Shown piece after piece: positions 50,341 through 64,000 of a DNA stretch of 64,000 bases (position 1 is its first letter; each line of letters starts with the position of its first letter). The position numbers and the translations under genes were made by a program. The notes under the pieces were generated by a model. The model ran no database searches. It saw nothing but the letters and a program-made list of their open reading frames with translations, and had not been told where the DNA came from. The DNA is taken from the NCBI RefSeq assembly GCF_009914755.1, contig NC_060947.1; one strand, 5' to 3'. Origin of the DNA: the human T2T-CHM13v2.0 reference genome, Homo sapiens.

Positions 50341-52224
50341 CTTCTCCACTAACCTGAGGGATCCTTGTATTCAGTGACTGTCATCTCTGTAACTTTGATG
50401 CCTAGTGAAAGGCCTGGCATGCATTCATAGTCGGTAATGTTTGATGAACTAATTTGGATTGAAATGGTTTTTGGATGGATAAATGAATGGAAGAGATAAT
50501 GAATGAAGAAAACCATGCCAAGGGAGTGGTGAGCAGCAAAGCATAAGTGAAGCTGGTGATAGGAAGAGGCAGGACATAAGAGAGGTAATTGGAAGTGTCC
50601 AGTCTCCCAGGGAAAGACACACTTGAGAAATAGAGGAAGGGTCAGATTGCCACAATAATTAAATGGTGCTGGATTAGGTTTTGGGCAAGCACTTATGATA
50701 GGTTAGAGTAATAAGGATGCATCGCGCATCCTACTAGAACCAGCAAACTTCAAGCCAAAAAATTCTGAAAGGGCTTAGATGTCTCTGTGTAGTGTTGGGG
50801 CAAGAGGCTGGTCCTTATTTACTGAGACCTACACGGAGACTCAGATGGAAGCTCATCTGGGTACCAGACAGGGCTCAGGCAACAAAGCAGATTCAAAGAG
50901 AGGCTCATATTATCTCAGTGAGATGCTAATAGAAATTGTGTGCTGCCTCTCACACAACTCTGCTCTTCTTGCTATACAAAGATGATGTTATATATGATTT
51001 TACCTCTGTGTGTCTCATCATGATCCCCCCAATCCAACTCCACCACCACTGTTGTAGTTCAGATTTTTATCTTCTCTCACCTAGCCTATTGTTATAGGAA
51101 CTGCATTTTCCTAATTGAAAATCTACCTAGCCACAGAATCTGACATGGAGACTAACACTTGAACTGAAATAAAAACAAACAGAACATATAAAATTAGGAT
51201 TGCTTTGGAAAATTCAGACTAAACGAGGACCTTCATTGTTTATATAAATCCTTAGCCAACACAGTATCCACCTTTCATTTATTTATTTGAACACTCATTT
51301 ATTCATTTCTTCAACATAGACTTATTGATCATCTATTAACTTTCATGAACTGTGGTAGGAACTGGATGGAGAAAGAATGAAGAAATAAAAAAGAAAAAAG
51401 TTATAGGATCTAAGGAACTGATAATTTCTCAGTGAGCATACACATTTAAACAAATTGTCTTTATTGACTTTTTAGTCTTTGGTGAGTTATCTAAATGCAG
51501 TTAACCAATAGATATTTGGAAATAGAGAAGAGACTCTGGAGTGATACAAAGCTAAAGGAAGAGACATGGGACTCCTTTGAAAATAAGTAAAAACTAATAC
51601 AATAGGAATAATGGGAGGGCCAGGAAATAGGTTTAGAGAAAAGATGGGGGCCAAGGAGAGAACTTTGAGATGTGCCTACGTTTTCAAAAAGGGAATGCAC
51701 CAGTAAAAGATAAAAGGTGCAGTCAGAAAAATTGGTGAATGACAGGGAAATGAACATTTATTGAGAGTCTATCACTTACTTGGGATTTTGTCCTTTTTTT
51801 TTTTAACTAACCCTATGCAACAGGGCTTTATCTGCCCCATTTTATACATGAGGAAACTGAAGTTCAGAGAGCCTAAATGACTTGCCTGACATCACAGGAT
51901 AAACAGTAGGGATTTCATACCCCTACGTCCATTCTTAGAACTTATCTAATTTTTAGCCTGCTGTTAGAAGGAAGCTCACCTGTCTGGGTTCAAGACCTTG
52001 ATAAGATATCCCAAAAACTCCATTAATTTGCTATCATACTCATTTCATTCTCTCTGACTTCCTTGGCCCAAGCACTAAGAGGTGTATGATTCAGGCATAC
52101 TTATCCATGGTGCTAGTGAAATAACAGATTTAGGACGTGAATTTTATCCGGGGACCATAAGATCTTATTTTGTTTTTGAAAATGACCCTAGAAACTGTCT
52201 TTCAGATCACCACACATATAATTA

Positions 52225-52226
52225 TG

Positions 52227-52261
<35 letters not shown>
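52225..52261. repeat. (TG)n microsatellite
   Basis: Directly visible. Confidence 0.95.
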
Positions 52262-53621
52262 CTACATTTGTTTATTGTGGGAGAAGTCAAGGAAGTCACC
52301 AAGATGGTCACCTGCACCAGATAAACATGGAATTCTGGAAGAAGAAAGAGAGAAACAGGAGAAATGTGCTAGAATAAGGGATCTTCAGATTCACAAGTGT
52401 TTCCTTTCCCAGAAGGCTTGGGGAATAAGCAAGAATGTTGAACAGCATTTGGTGTCATGGAAGGAGCAATCAATTTGGAATCAGAACTCAAATGTTCCTA
52501 TCTTCTCTGTAACAAACGAGTGAACTGGGGTACATCTTGTCACTACTCTGAACTTCAATTTTCTCCCTATAAAATGGGGAAGAACAACTGATTTCCAAAG
52601 TTCCATATGAGGAAGAACCTGTTTAAAAATTTTGCTCACAATTGTATGGGATCCAGGTTCAGGGAACGTAGGGAATTTTTATCTTGGCTAGAATAACTCA
52701 GTCTCTGGTGCTCTTGTTAAACTGTGATGAGAATTTGGCTTAGATTTGCTTAAAAAACAAAAACATATCTGTCAGTTCAAGCCCTTGTATAGTATTTCAC
52801 AGCCCCAATCGTCTCTATCCCTGCTCTTCCAAACAGCTCCATTTCTACTCCAAACCAATGTCTTAACATCGAGGCCTGGTAGTTTCTGGTACCCAGCTGC
52901 TTTTCCTCTGCCCAGCTCAGCCTCAATGCCCTCTGATCTCAGAGCTTCTGAAAGATGGCCTTTCAACTTCCACAAAGAAAACCACTGTCTGGAAATTATT
53001 ATATATGTTTTATTTTCTTCTTTCTTTTACCCTTTGACAGCAGTAGGGAAGAAGGGGAAGAGACAAATGGAGGGAGTGGAGAAACTTTTCTCTGGGTAGT
53101 TACAAATTGCTTAGAGGTTTCAGAGAAGCTCATTGGTTATTATTCTTGTTGCTAAGACAAACGTTCCAGGCTATGAAAAGACTTATGCAAAAGCATACAT
53201 GTTGGAGATGAAGATTAAACAACAAATGATGTCAGATGGAGGCCTGTTTATTCTCTAAAGTGAAGAATAATCACTTGTTAGCTAATGCAAGGCATGATGT
53301 CTTGATTACAGAGAATGTATTCAATTCTCACCAAATATCTTATGAGTTTAGGCCCAGGTCTGGCTCCAGATCTATGATCATGGACCAGTCACTTTTCCTC
53401 TTTGAGTCTCAGTCTCCTCAGGTATACAGTGAGATCTGGATCTTCCTTAGTGTTCCTTTTCAAACCAACATGCCAGAGACATATGTCAGATCTCTACTGT
53501 TAGAAGTCTCAGCCACAATGAAGACTGTTGACAGTTTTGAGATATGAGATGTAGAGGAGTTAAAAGAACATGGAACTTTAAGTACCTGGTCTTAGTTCTT
53601 ACAATAGAAACTGGGTGACTG

Positions 53622-55416
53622 CAATTGCTACAAGAAGAATACAATACCAGCGAAGACAGCTAACAAGAGATGTGAAGGACCTCCTAATGAAATACAAACC
53701 ACTGCTCAAGGAAATAAGAGAGGACACAAACAAATGGAAAAACATTCCACCCTCGTGGATAGGAAAAATCAATATTGTGAAAGTGGCCATACTGCCCAAA
53801 GTAATTTATAGATTCAATGCTATTCCCATGAAACTCCCATTGGCATTCTTCACAGAATTAGAAAAATCTACTTTAAAATTCATATGGAACCAAAAAAGTG
53901 CCCTTATAGCCAAGACGATCCTAAACAAAAAGAACAAAGCTGGAGGCATCACACTACCTGACTTCACACTATACGACAAGGCTACAGTAACCAAAACATC
54001 ATGGTGCTGGTACCAAAAGAGACACATAGACCAATGGAACAGAATAGAGATCTCAGAAATAAGACCACACATGTACAACCATCTGATCTTCAATGAACCT
54101 GACAAAAACAAGCAATCAGGAAAGGATTCCGTATTTAATAAATGGTGCTGGGAAAACTGACTAGCCATATGCGGAAAACTGAAACTGGACCCCTTTCTTA
54201 TACCTTACACAAAAATTAACTCAAGATGGATCAAAGACTTAAATGTAAAACCCAAAACCATAGAAAAAAATGTAAGCAATACCATTCAGGACATAGGCAT
54301 GGGCAAAGACATCATGACGAAAACTCCAAAAGCAATTTCAACAAAAGCCAAAATTGACAAATGGGATCTAATTAAACTAAAGAGCTTCTGCACATCAAAA
54401 TAAACTATCATCACAGTGAGAAGGCAACCTACAGAATGGGAGAAAATTTTTGCAATCTGCCCATCTGACAAAGGTCTAATATCCAGAATTTACAAGGAAC
54501 TTAAATAAATTTAGAAGAAAATAAACAACCCCATTAAAAGTGGGCAAAGGACATGAACAGACACTTCTCAAAAGAAGACATTTATGCGGCCAAAAAACAT
54601 ATGAAAAAAATCTCAACATCATTGATCATTAGAGAATTGCAAATCGAAACCACAATGAGATACCATCTCACACCAGTCAGAATCACGATTATTAAAAAGT
54701 CAAGAAACAACATATGCTGGCAAGGCTGTGGAGAAATAGGAATGTTTTTACACCATTGGTGGGAATGTAAATTAGTTAAACCATTGTGGAAGACAGTGTG
54801 GTGATTCCTCAAGGATCTGAAACCAGAAATACCATTTGGCCCAACAATCCCATTACTGGGTATATACCCAAAGGAACAGAAATCATTCTGTTTTAATGAT
54901 ACATGCTCACATATGTTTATTGCAGCACTATTCACAATAGCAAATACATGAAATCAACCCAAATGCCCATCAATGGTAGCCTGGATAAAGAAAATGAGGT
55001 ACATATATACCATGGAATACTATGCAGCCCAAACAAAACAAAACAAAACAAAACAAAACAAAACATGAGATAATGTCCTTTGCAGTAACATGGATCAACC
55101 TGGAAGCCATCATCCTCAGCAAACTAACACAGGAACAGAAAACCAAACACAGAATGTTCTCACTCATATGTGGGAGCTGAACAGTGAAAACACATGGACA
55201 CAGGGAGGGAAACAACACACACGGGGTCCTGTCAGGAGGGTGGGGAGAGACGGCATCAGGATAAATAGCTAATGCATGCTGAGCTTAATACTTAGGTGAT
55301 GAGTTGATAGGTACAGCAAACCACCATGGCACACGTTTACCTATGTAACAAACCTGCACGTTCTGCACATGTTTCCTGAAATTTAAAATATAATAATTTT
55401 TTTAAAAAGAAGAAAA
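53622..55416 (+). mobile_element. 5'-truncated L1PA7/8-like
   Basis: ORF2p piece 53615..54160; TSD agaaactgg(g/t)tgactg at 53606-53621 and 55417-55432; internal (AAAAC)n at ~55030-55064. Confidence 0.92.
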
Positions 55417-56909
55417 AGAAACTGGTTGACTGAAAAAAACCCACTTCATTTCTCATAGTTTCCCTTTCTCATTTGTAGAACAAAGACTAGATAATCCTTA
55501 AAGTCTCTTCCAATCTGGAAACTCCGCAAATGCATAAACTTTCAATAACAAAGGCCCTGTTCCAGATGACATGGGGGCATAATTTGGTAAGACAAAATTC
55601 TTGCTCCCAAGCAACTTCACATTTAGTAGGGAAAATAGACATGTATTGTAATTGCCCCTCTTATCTCCTCTGGAATCCTTGGCCCAATTCACAAATCCTT
55701 GGCCCACTCTCCAATTCAAAACTCCCTTATAATGCCGCATTTTCTACTGGATAGAGTCAATACTTATTGACATGCTAAGTATTTGATAGAGCAGTTATCT
55801 GAAGATACACTCTCTGTCTTCTTATCTATCTCTTTTTTTTTTGGCATTCCAGTATGGCTCCAATCTAGCTTCCTCAATCCTTTGATGTGCCTTTGTTATC
55901 ACGTAACATGCGCAAAACTAATGTGGTGTTATATATCTGTCATTCTCTAGTTTGACACTTAGATCCTGGAGAGCCAGAATTAAGCCTTAATCTTTTATGA
56001 GTCCTTCACATGGGAACTGATATAAAATATACAACCAATATATGTTAAGCAAAAGAATAAATAAGTAAATAAATTAAACAAATCTAACATAAGGTAGAAT
56101 GTGATCAATGCCATAAGTGAAAGGCATAGATAAAGCACAGACGAGTCTCAAGCATCTGATAATTTGTGACTAGTAGAATTAGGAAAGCTTCTATGGGAAT
56201 AATGTTGTGTGACAATGTCATTAAAGATAATTAAGGTTTCATCTCATGGAAGATTCCAATGGACGGAGCCAAGTCAAGTCAATAGAACTATGCAGAGGAT
56301 ATGTTCAGAGACTAGGGAACAGTCCAGCCTGGCTGCTCCACGGAGGTTGATGAAAGGGCAAAGAGGGACACTGGTAAAGTTTGTTGGTACCAGATTATAA
56401 TAAACCTTTAGAACCAGGCTGAAAGTTTTGAATTTTCTTTAGGAGGCAATGAAGAGCACCAGGTGGCTTCTGAGCAGGTAAACACTGTAATCCAATGTGT
56501 GCTTGATGGAAAGGAGTAAAAACATGGTGCCCGGGAGGGTCTTAGAGTTTGTGTAGTGATGCAAGACAGCCTGACAGGCAAGAAGACAGACTCTAGACCC
56601 TGCTGTGAGGAGGAAGAAGTGTGGCATTCCAGCATGTTTATGAGAACTCAAACACATTGTAACTTAGTGATAGACGCTAACAATCTCAAGCAGCCTTATT
56701 CTAACAAATAATGACTCACTCTTACCATTTGTGAATACTAGGCAGCTGTGGCTCTTATATATGTCAGTCATCTGGGGTGCGACATACCAAACCTAACAGG
56801 GGATTCACAGTTCTGACTGAGCTCCATCAGGACTGGCTCCTGTGTGACCTGGCCCATCCAGTTGTGGGTTGTTCCCTTTGTTACTAGGGAAAATTTCCCT
56901 GCGTTAACA

Positions 56910-56924
56910 TTGCCCTCTAGTGGT
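56910..56924 (-). promoter_or_regulatory. CTCF-like core motif
   Basis: Minus strand ACCACTAGAGGGCAA matches CCACYAGRGGGC; lies in non-repetitive DNA. Motif only, no binding evidence. Confidence 0.5.
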
Positions 56925-58683
56925 TTTTGTTTCCTACAACCGGAGGTACACTTACCCCAACCTTAAACTTTTCCCTTTCTCAGAGATTGCAGTTTTCTTT
57001 TCTGTCTCTTTGTTTTCTCTTTCATCTCTACCTTCTCTTATTTCTCCCTCCCTTATTCCATGCAGTGGAGTGAGTGAAGCAGACAGGCCTAGAGAGAATT
57101 AGCCCAGTGTTACAGATAAGGAAACTGAGGCTTAGAAATGTGAAGTTAATTTGCTCTACACATTCAGCTACAAAGCATCTTAACTACAAAGTGACTGGAT
57201 TAGAATTCAAACCATATATCTGAACTTGGAATTCTGGTTTTTATCCAATTCACTTTCCTCCCTTCTTCCTTTCTGTTCTCCCTCATTCCATCTCTCCCTT
57301 TTCATTCACCCTCCCTTCCATAAATGCCAGTTGACAATTCTGTGGTAGGAATAGTGTTAAGACATAGAAATAAATAGATACTGTCTTTGAGGGAACTCCC
57401 AGTCTCTTATGACAGAGAGACAAAAATAATTATAACCCAATGTGATTATATTGTTGATAGAGTCATGTTGGATGTGCTGGATCATCAAGGATATAGGGTA
57501 ATTTACCTGTTATAGAAGAGGGAGAAGGGAAGATTATTTCAGGACAAGGAACCAGTCAGCACTAAGGTATAGGTATGGGGAAATAATAAGACATTTTCAG
57601 ATAAAGAGTAAGGGGATGAAGGAGTTGGGGGAGTGGGGCCTGGAGCCAGATTGTGGCAGCCTTTGTGTGCCAGGCAGAGTATTCTGGACTTTAGCCTCAT
57701 TCTCTCTTTTTACACAATTTCTGAAGCTTATAAGTAAATACATTTTCTAGGCTATTACCATACCCCCACATACTAAGTTGTTTAGTTTATTTGTCAAGCA
57801 GGCCAAAAAATAACAAAATAAACTATTTTTAAGCCTGTCCAGGGGTATAATATGAGTCCAAGACCAAATGGGAATGAAACCCTGGTCTCCTGCCTTCTAG
57901 GCCTTCGGATGATAAAAATGAGGAGGGGGAGAAAGGTGGAGAAATTAACTGAAAAATAATGGGATAGATTCCAGACATCTGGACCAGCCTCAAACAAATC
58001 AACATGCAGACTATGTCCTGTTTGCTCTGCCTTCCTCTTTACTTACAGGCCTAGAGATTGGGTAGGAAGCAAATGTTTGTTTATCAAAGTATATTTATCC
58101 ACTGACCTCCAGAATATTTTCAGGGATGGTTGCTGTTCCATGAAAAACATGCAGGTCACAATACATTGGCCTCAAATCACACAGGTATTCTCATAATACT
58201 TCCAAATAGTGCTCCTTCTTTCCCCACATCTTATTTGGGTGCATGTATTAATAATTATCAGCCTCCTAACTTTACTTCCTCACATGTATAAGGCTTCCCT
58301 TGAACAAAGACTTCTCACGAGCGTTGGGTTCTTCGGCAACCCTAGGAGAGAAGTAAGGAGGTGAAATCAGGTCCTCATTTTTCAGAAGAAGAAACAAAGG
58401 TTCAGAGATGAACTTGCCCCCAACTAGGGGAAGGAGGCAGAGTAGGATTCCAAGTTCAGTGCTTTTGCTACCAGTTCCTGTTAGGAAGTGTACTTAAAGA
58501 AGCACTAAAGCCACAAGCTTAGTGAAGGCTCATTAACAACACTTTCATTAGCATACTTCATGGTTAATTTCCATTTCCTGCACAATTTCTCCAGACTCAG
58601 GGTCCTGAGAGCTAGAGGAGTCACACTGAGCCATTGTTCTGGTCAGTGTGACATGTTTCCATTCTGAGCCAAATTTTCAATAA

Positions 58684-59043
<360 letters not shown>

Positions 59044-59235
59044 TAAAGAGAACCCTCGGAAATGCATGGCAAGTTGAACAACATTTATGCTTATGGATTC
59101 AGGAACTGGAAATATACCAAATAATTAATGTAGTTTTTCTTACCAGATAAAACAGTCCTTGCAGCTTCTTCTGCCATTAGCTGCTTTTCTTTGATAACTG
59201 ACTTTCTCTTTGTCTGATGACAGGGGATGAACCTC

Positions 59236-59239
<4 letters not shown>

Positions 59240-59288
<49 letters not shown>

Positions 59289-59305
59289 TATTTATTTATA
59301 TATAT
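59240..59305. repeat. (TA)n/(CA)n microsatellite
   Basis: Directly visible. Confidence 0.95.
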
Positions 59306-59309
59306 AATT

Positions 59310-59480
59310 TTCCTTTAAATCTTCACAAAACACTATGAGTTAGGTGTGTAGCATTATTATCCTTTTTAACAGATGAGGAAACTGAGGCCCAAAAAGGTTA
59401 AATTGCTTGCACAGCATCATATGGTTTGTAAGTGGCAGATCTGAACCCAGACAGTCTGATTTTAGAGCCAGTATACTAAG
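59310..59480 (-). mobile_element. MIR
   Basis: acagatgaggaaactgaggccc...ggttaaattgcttgc core. Confidence 0.75.
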
Positions 59481-60589
59481 GTGCCATTCATTTTGTCTTG
59501 CTTTTAATTTCAGCATTCAGGGCCTTTCACTCCTTACATCTTGCCCCAGTCAGTTACCCTAGGGAACTAGGTTTATTCCATTCCTTATATCTTTGCTTAA
59601 GCCGCAACCCCCACCCCACCCTCACCTGTGCAGCGATTTGGAGGTTTAATTCAAAGTTCTCCACAAAGCCTTTTCTTAATACTCCAAAACACCTACATTT
59701 TTATCATGGTTAGCACGGAATACTCGAATGCCTTTTCATTGTCTCTTTTTATTCAGGGATAAATATCTTTTCAATTCTATTTTCACTGTTTCAAGAGCAG
59801 AGACACTTCTTTGGTGACACTCACATACCTTTAGTGCAATATCTAGGCACATATTTCAAATGAATCTATTTTCCAAATGTAAATAAATACGGGTTTGACA
59901 ATAGGTCACATTATCTGAATCTGGAATAAATGGTCCCAGTCCACAGGGTAGACTTTGGCTTGTGTAACAAACACTGGCTCAATTAAATAATTATTTGCCT
60001 TATCAGTTAATCATCTCAAGCTTACCAGAATGTTATCAGCAGATTGAACTACAATATTAAGTGTTTACTACATGCCAAGCACTGCACTGGGCAATATTAA
60101 AAATCCTTTTTATAAAAAACCCTCACACCATCCCTGAGAATGAATTCCCACTTACAGAATTAGATAATTTTTATGACTTGCATGCAAAAGCACTGTTACA
60201 TGTCAGGACACTTTCCATGGCAACAGGTCTCACCAGGGTCAATCTTTAATGGGAGTTCTCCAAAGCAGAAGAGTTGAATTCTCTTAGTATGGAAGGGTAA
60301 GAATTCTAAGCTCATCTCCTTCTAAACAGTTGCAGACTAAGCTGGTGCCTTATTATAAATTAGAACTAAGGTTGGAAGAGGACTTTTAGTGGAATCATTA
60401 AACTAGCAAAAGGGCCTGAGGGGTTTTTTGTTTGTTTGTTTGTTTGTTTTTTATTAAGTGCTTTAGAGAAGGAGAGATAAAGAGAAGGATAGATAGGAAG
60501 GTGTAATTTAACTTATTTAAAGACTCTTTATAAAGGAAATTATTTAAGAATTATCTAGACAGATAAATGATAGATAGATGATAGATATT

Positions 60590-60990
60590 TTAATGGATCA
60601 CATTAAAATGTTCTGATGAGTGGCTAAATAAGTGTGGTATAACTAAATAAGTGTGGTAAGAGATATTATGCAGCCATTAAAAGCCATGGCTTCAAAGAAT
60701 ATTTAGCAACATGGGGAAACGTCAATTTTATGGTGTTAAGTGAATAAAGGAGAACACAAAATAGTATGAAAAGTAAGATCTCAATTAGGATGAAACAAAA
60801 TACACACGCACACTCAAAAAAAGGTCTAGAAAGAAAAGCATCAAAAATATTAACTGTGATTGCCTCTGGGTTATAGGATTATGATGGATTGTTTTTCTTT
60901 ACATATATTTTGCTCCCTATCCTTTCAAAGTTTTCTGCTCCCAGCAAGTTTTAATTCTGTAATAGCAAGGGAAAATATAAGTATTTTTTA
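60590..60990 (+). mobile_element. L1MC/ME 3' fragment
   Basis: atattatgcagccattaaaa...gttaagtgaataaagg...aactgtgattgcctctggg. Confidence 0.6.
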
Positions 60991-61599
60991 AAAAAGAAAG
61001 GTTTGTGTGTGTACGTTTGCCTGGGAGTAAGGGTAGAAAAATACCAAGAGTGGATAAAGAAAATAGGATTATTCCTGGGGCTAGGAAACAGGGAGCTGAA
61101 AGAGAAGGAATAGGTTAGAGTAGCTCACTGAAAGTTAGAAGTAGCTATTTAGAAGACTCAGAGCTTCTTTGTTGCTTTTCAGAAGGAATTTAGAACCTGT
61201 AATGGATGTGTTGGAAATTATTTTTCTGTATTTGTATGTTCTGTTAACAGTGGGGGCTGAGGAGAGAGGGAATGGGTGTCTGGGTAAGGTGATTGCAGTG
61301 GGAAGTACACTGAAGGAGCCTCAAGCACAAGTTCAACTTTAGGGCAGGGATTTGGATGTAGTTCTGCCACTCCCACTCCAGTCCCCATGCTCTGTACAGG
61401 ACCTGACAGAATAAGCTGTTCAGTGTTTGCTGACCAGAACTTTGAGTAGCACAGAGACAAAGGCCCTTCTACCCAGAGCAGAGATTTCCATCTAGCCATC
61501 TAGGATTTTCCTCTGCTTCACTTTGTGTGTGTGTGTTAAGGGAGGGTAGGGGTGGGGAGTGCTATTTCCTTATTTAGGCAAACTCAGTGACTATCATAC

Positions 61600-63140
61600 T
61601 GTTTAAACTTATTATTTTTATTATAAAGACATTACATATTTATTATAGAAAAATGCAAAAATGCAGGTAAGTAAATTTTAAAAATAAAATTATCTACAAT
61701 TCTACCACCATCACGACCCAAAGATAAACCTGCAAACATTTTGGTGTACATTCCTTCAGACATTTTTCTGTGTGTATATTTATTCTTTTTTAGAAAATTT
61801 TTCTACCAAGTTTTTTACTCTTGAAATGTGTATATTTATTCTTATAATATGATCATGCTGTTTTGTAAGCTATTTCTTTTCACTTAGCAATTTAATATAA
61901 ACATCTTTCCAGGTTATTTAATATTTTTATTTTTGGATATTTTAAAAGTCACTTTTAGGTACTCAAATAATACATTATCCTTGTAAAATTTGAAATATAC
62001 AAAACTTACAGATAAGATTAATGTCACTTTTGATCACCTGTCATACCCCTACCTCAATCCTGGTCCCCTCCCCACTTATGAGAAATAACCACTATTATTA
62101 TCTGTCATGTATTCTTATATGTGGTTCTCTAAAGATTTCCATACACATACATGTATTCATAGGAGATGTATGACATTATTTTGGGTGGTAGGTATGGTGT
62201 TTATCTTCTGTATAAATGGTATCATACTGTACATATTAATCTGAAACTTGCTTTTTTATTCAATAACATGAATATCTAGATATATCTCATTCTATTTAAC
62301 CAATGCATAGTATTGTGTAGTATAGATACATCATTGTTTATTCAATCATGTCACTATTGATGTAGATTTAAGTCATATCCAATTTTTCACTATTACAAAT
62401 AGCATTGGAGTAAATATTTTTGTCATGACTCCTTGTGCATATGTGTGAGAATGTTCCTTTAGTATAGACAGCAAGGAGAAAAATTAGTAGGTCATAGGAT
62501 GTATATTTTTTATTATATTGCTTTAAAAAATCTTTAAAGATGTATTTGATTTAGACCAACATATTCAGAATACTGTTTCAACTGATAATATAAAAATGAA
62601 ATACATTTTTTGTAATAAATGTGGAAATTTTCAAATACATGTTTTAAAAGTACAAAATTTTATAATGAACCCACATACATACTAAAAATTAGATTCAACA
62701 ATTATCAATACACGGCCAATCTTGTTTCATTTATACTCTATTTACACTCCCCCTGGAATACATTGGATTACCCTGAAGCAAGTCATATCATTTGGATGCA
62801 CATTTTAAAATTTAGTATATCTTGAAAAAGTGTCTCCAGAATGATTGTTCCAATTTATACTTTCATCAGCAGTGTTTCAGATTACCTATTTTCCATGCCT
62901 TTGCCAAACTTAAAACTATTTAAATTTTTTGCTAATCAGAAAGAGCATTTTATTTTTTCAATTTGCATTTCTCTGACTATTAGCAAAATTGGGCATCTTT
63001 TCAGATCCTTAACAAATATTTGTATTTCTCCTTCTGCAAACTGCCTGTTCAAATCCTTTGCCCATTTTTCCACTTTGGTTATCCTTTTCGCCCACTTTTC
63101 TACCTTGTTGTTTTTTAATCACATTAGATGTTTATAAATG
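61600..63140 (-). mobile_element. L1ME-type 3' fragments
   Basis: AT-rich antisense L1 3' motifs (tttgcatttctctgactattag, tcctttgcccattttt). Confidence 0.6.
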
Positions 63141-64000
63141 AAATGCCACTAAGTAAATATGCACAGTGTTAGCTTGTGTTAACATTCTGAATGTTATTAG
63201 GAAAGTGGGCTTTACTTGGCATCCATTTTATTCATATATTTGTTGAATGCCTGGTACCTGCCAAACTCCTGAGGATACAATGTTGAGCAAAAGAGAGATA
63301 GTTCCTTTCCCGTTGAAACTGATAATCAGCCAAGTCGGCAAGATGAACATTGATTAAACAATCACACATATAAATACACTATTACAAATAGTTATAAGTG
63401 TTGTGAAAGAAAAGTACCTTGAACAAAAAGCTTGAGGTAGCCGGGCCGCTGGATCGTTGGGTATACTGGACTAGAGAAAGGGTGAGTAGCAGATGCTCTT
63501 ATTCAAAGGGCCATAGCCAATAAGAAAGGGTCTCATCTCTGATACTCCTTCCCTAAGGAATATTAGCTTTGGGATCACAATCTGCTTGAAAGATAATCTT
63601 TTATGAAATGGAGTAAGCTATAAAAACACTGGCCAAACACTTCAATATTAATCTCTGGCCAAAAATGCAGAGGTAGAGACTATCCTCTGTATCCCCAATG
63701 GCTTGTAATCCCAGTGCCACAATTGCTCTAGGAAAACCACAAGAAACGTGATGGATAGGCCAAGTGTCTTCTAAAGAAACATGGAAAGCTATGACTTGGG
63801 GAAATCTAGTGGGACTGTGCACTCCATTAGAGCACTATCAACCCCGGCAAGAGCAGCAAAAGAAACATTAGCAACATCAAAACCAGAGCAATGGAAAGAA
63901 TATCAAGGTCCAGAAGAACAAAAGCAACAACATAAACAAGAGTGAAAATAACATGAACCACATCAACAGGCCGTATCAGAAGAGAGGATGATACAGACAG

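Noticed and set aside
60211-60224. RFX X-box-like ctttccatggcaac
   Set aside because: Isolated imperfect motif, expected by chance in 64 kb.

Overview
Hominid (most likely human) genomic DNA, made up mostly of interspersed repeats; I can support no intact cellular protein-coding exon. The left ~38 kb is a stack of nested insertions: a HERVIP10/LTR10 provirus 5' end with a 28-bp AP-1 tandem array, Tigger3b, a near-full-length 5'-inverted L1PA3/4, L1PA15/16, L1PB1, L1PA5, THE1, Alus, and an RBMX processed pseudogene with a TSD. The right ~26 kb is richer in MIR, L2 and MER elements and unique DNA. It holds a small CpG-rich candidate promoter/first exon (~41.7-41.96 kb), a full-length SVA and a strong CTCF-like motif. 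The best finding is a TSD-bounded retro-insertion (12624-18020, minus strand). Its 5' end is not L1: it looks like a spliced ZNF91-family KRAB-zinc-finger transcript (exon 1 joined to an exactly 96-nt KRAB-B exon) fused to an old L1 5' end. Also notable are an L1 carrying a Tigger1-derived 3' transduction and a 55-bp locally templated inverted insertion. Repeat subfamily names come from recalled consensus sequences and need RepeatMasker/Dfam confirmation; boundaries of old repeats are approximate.
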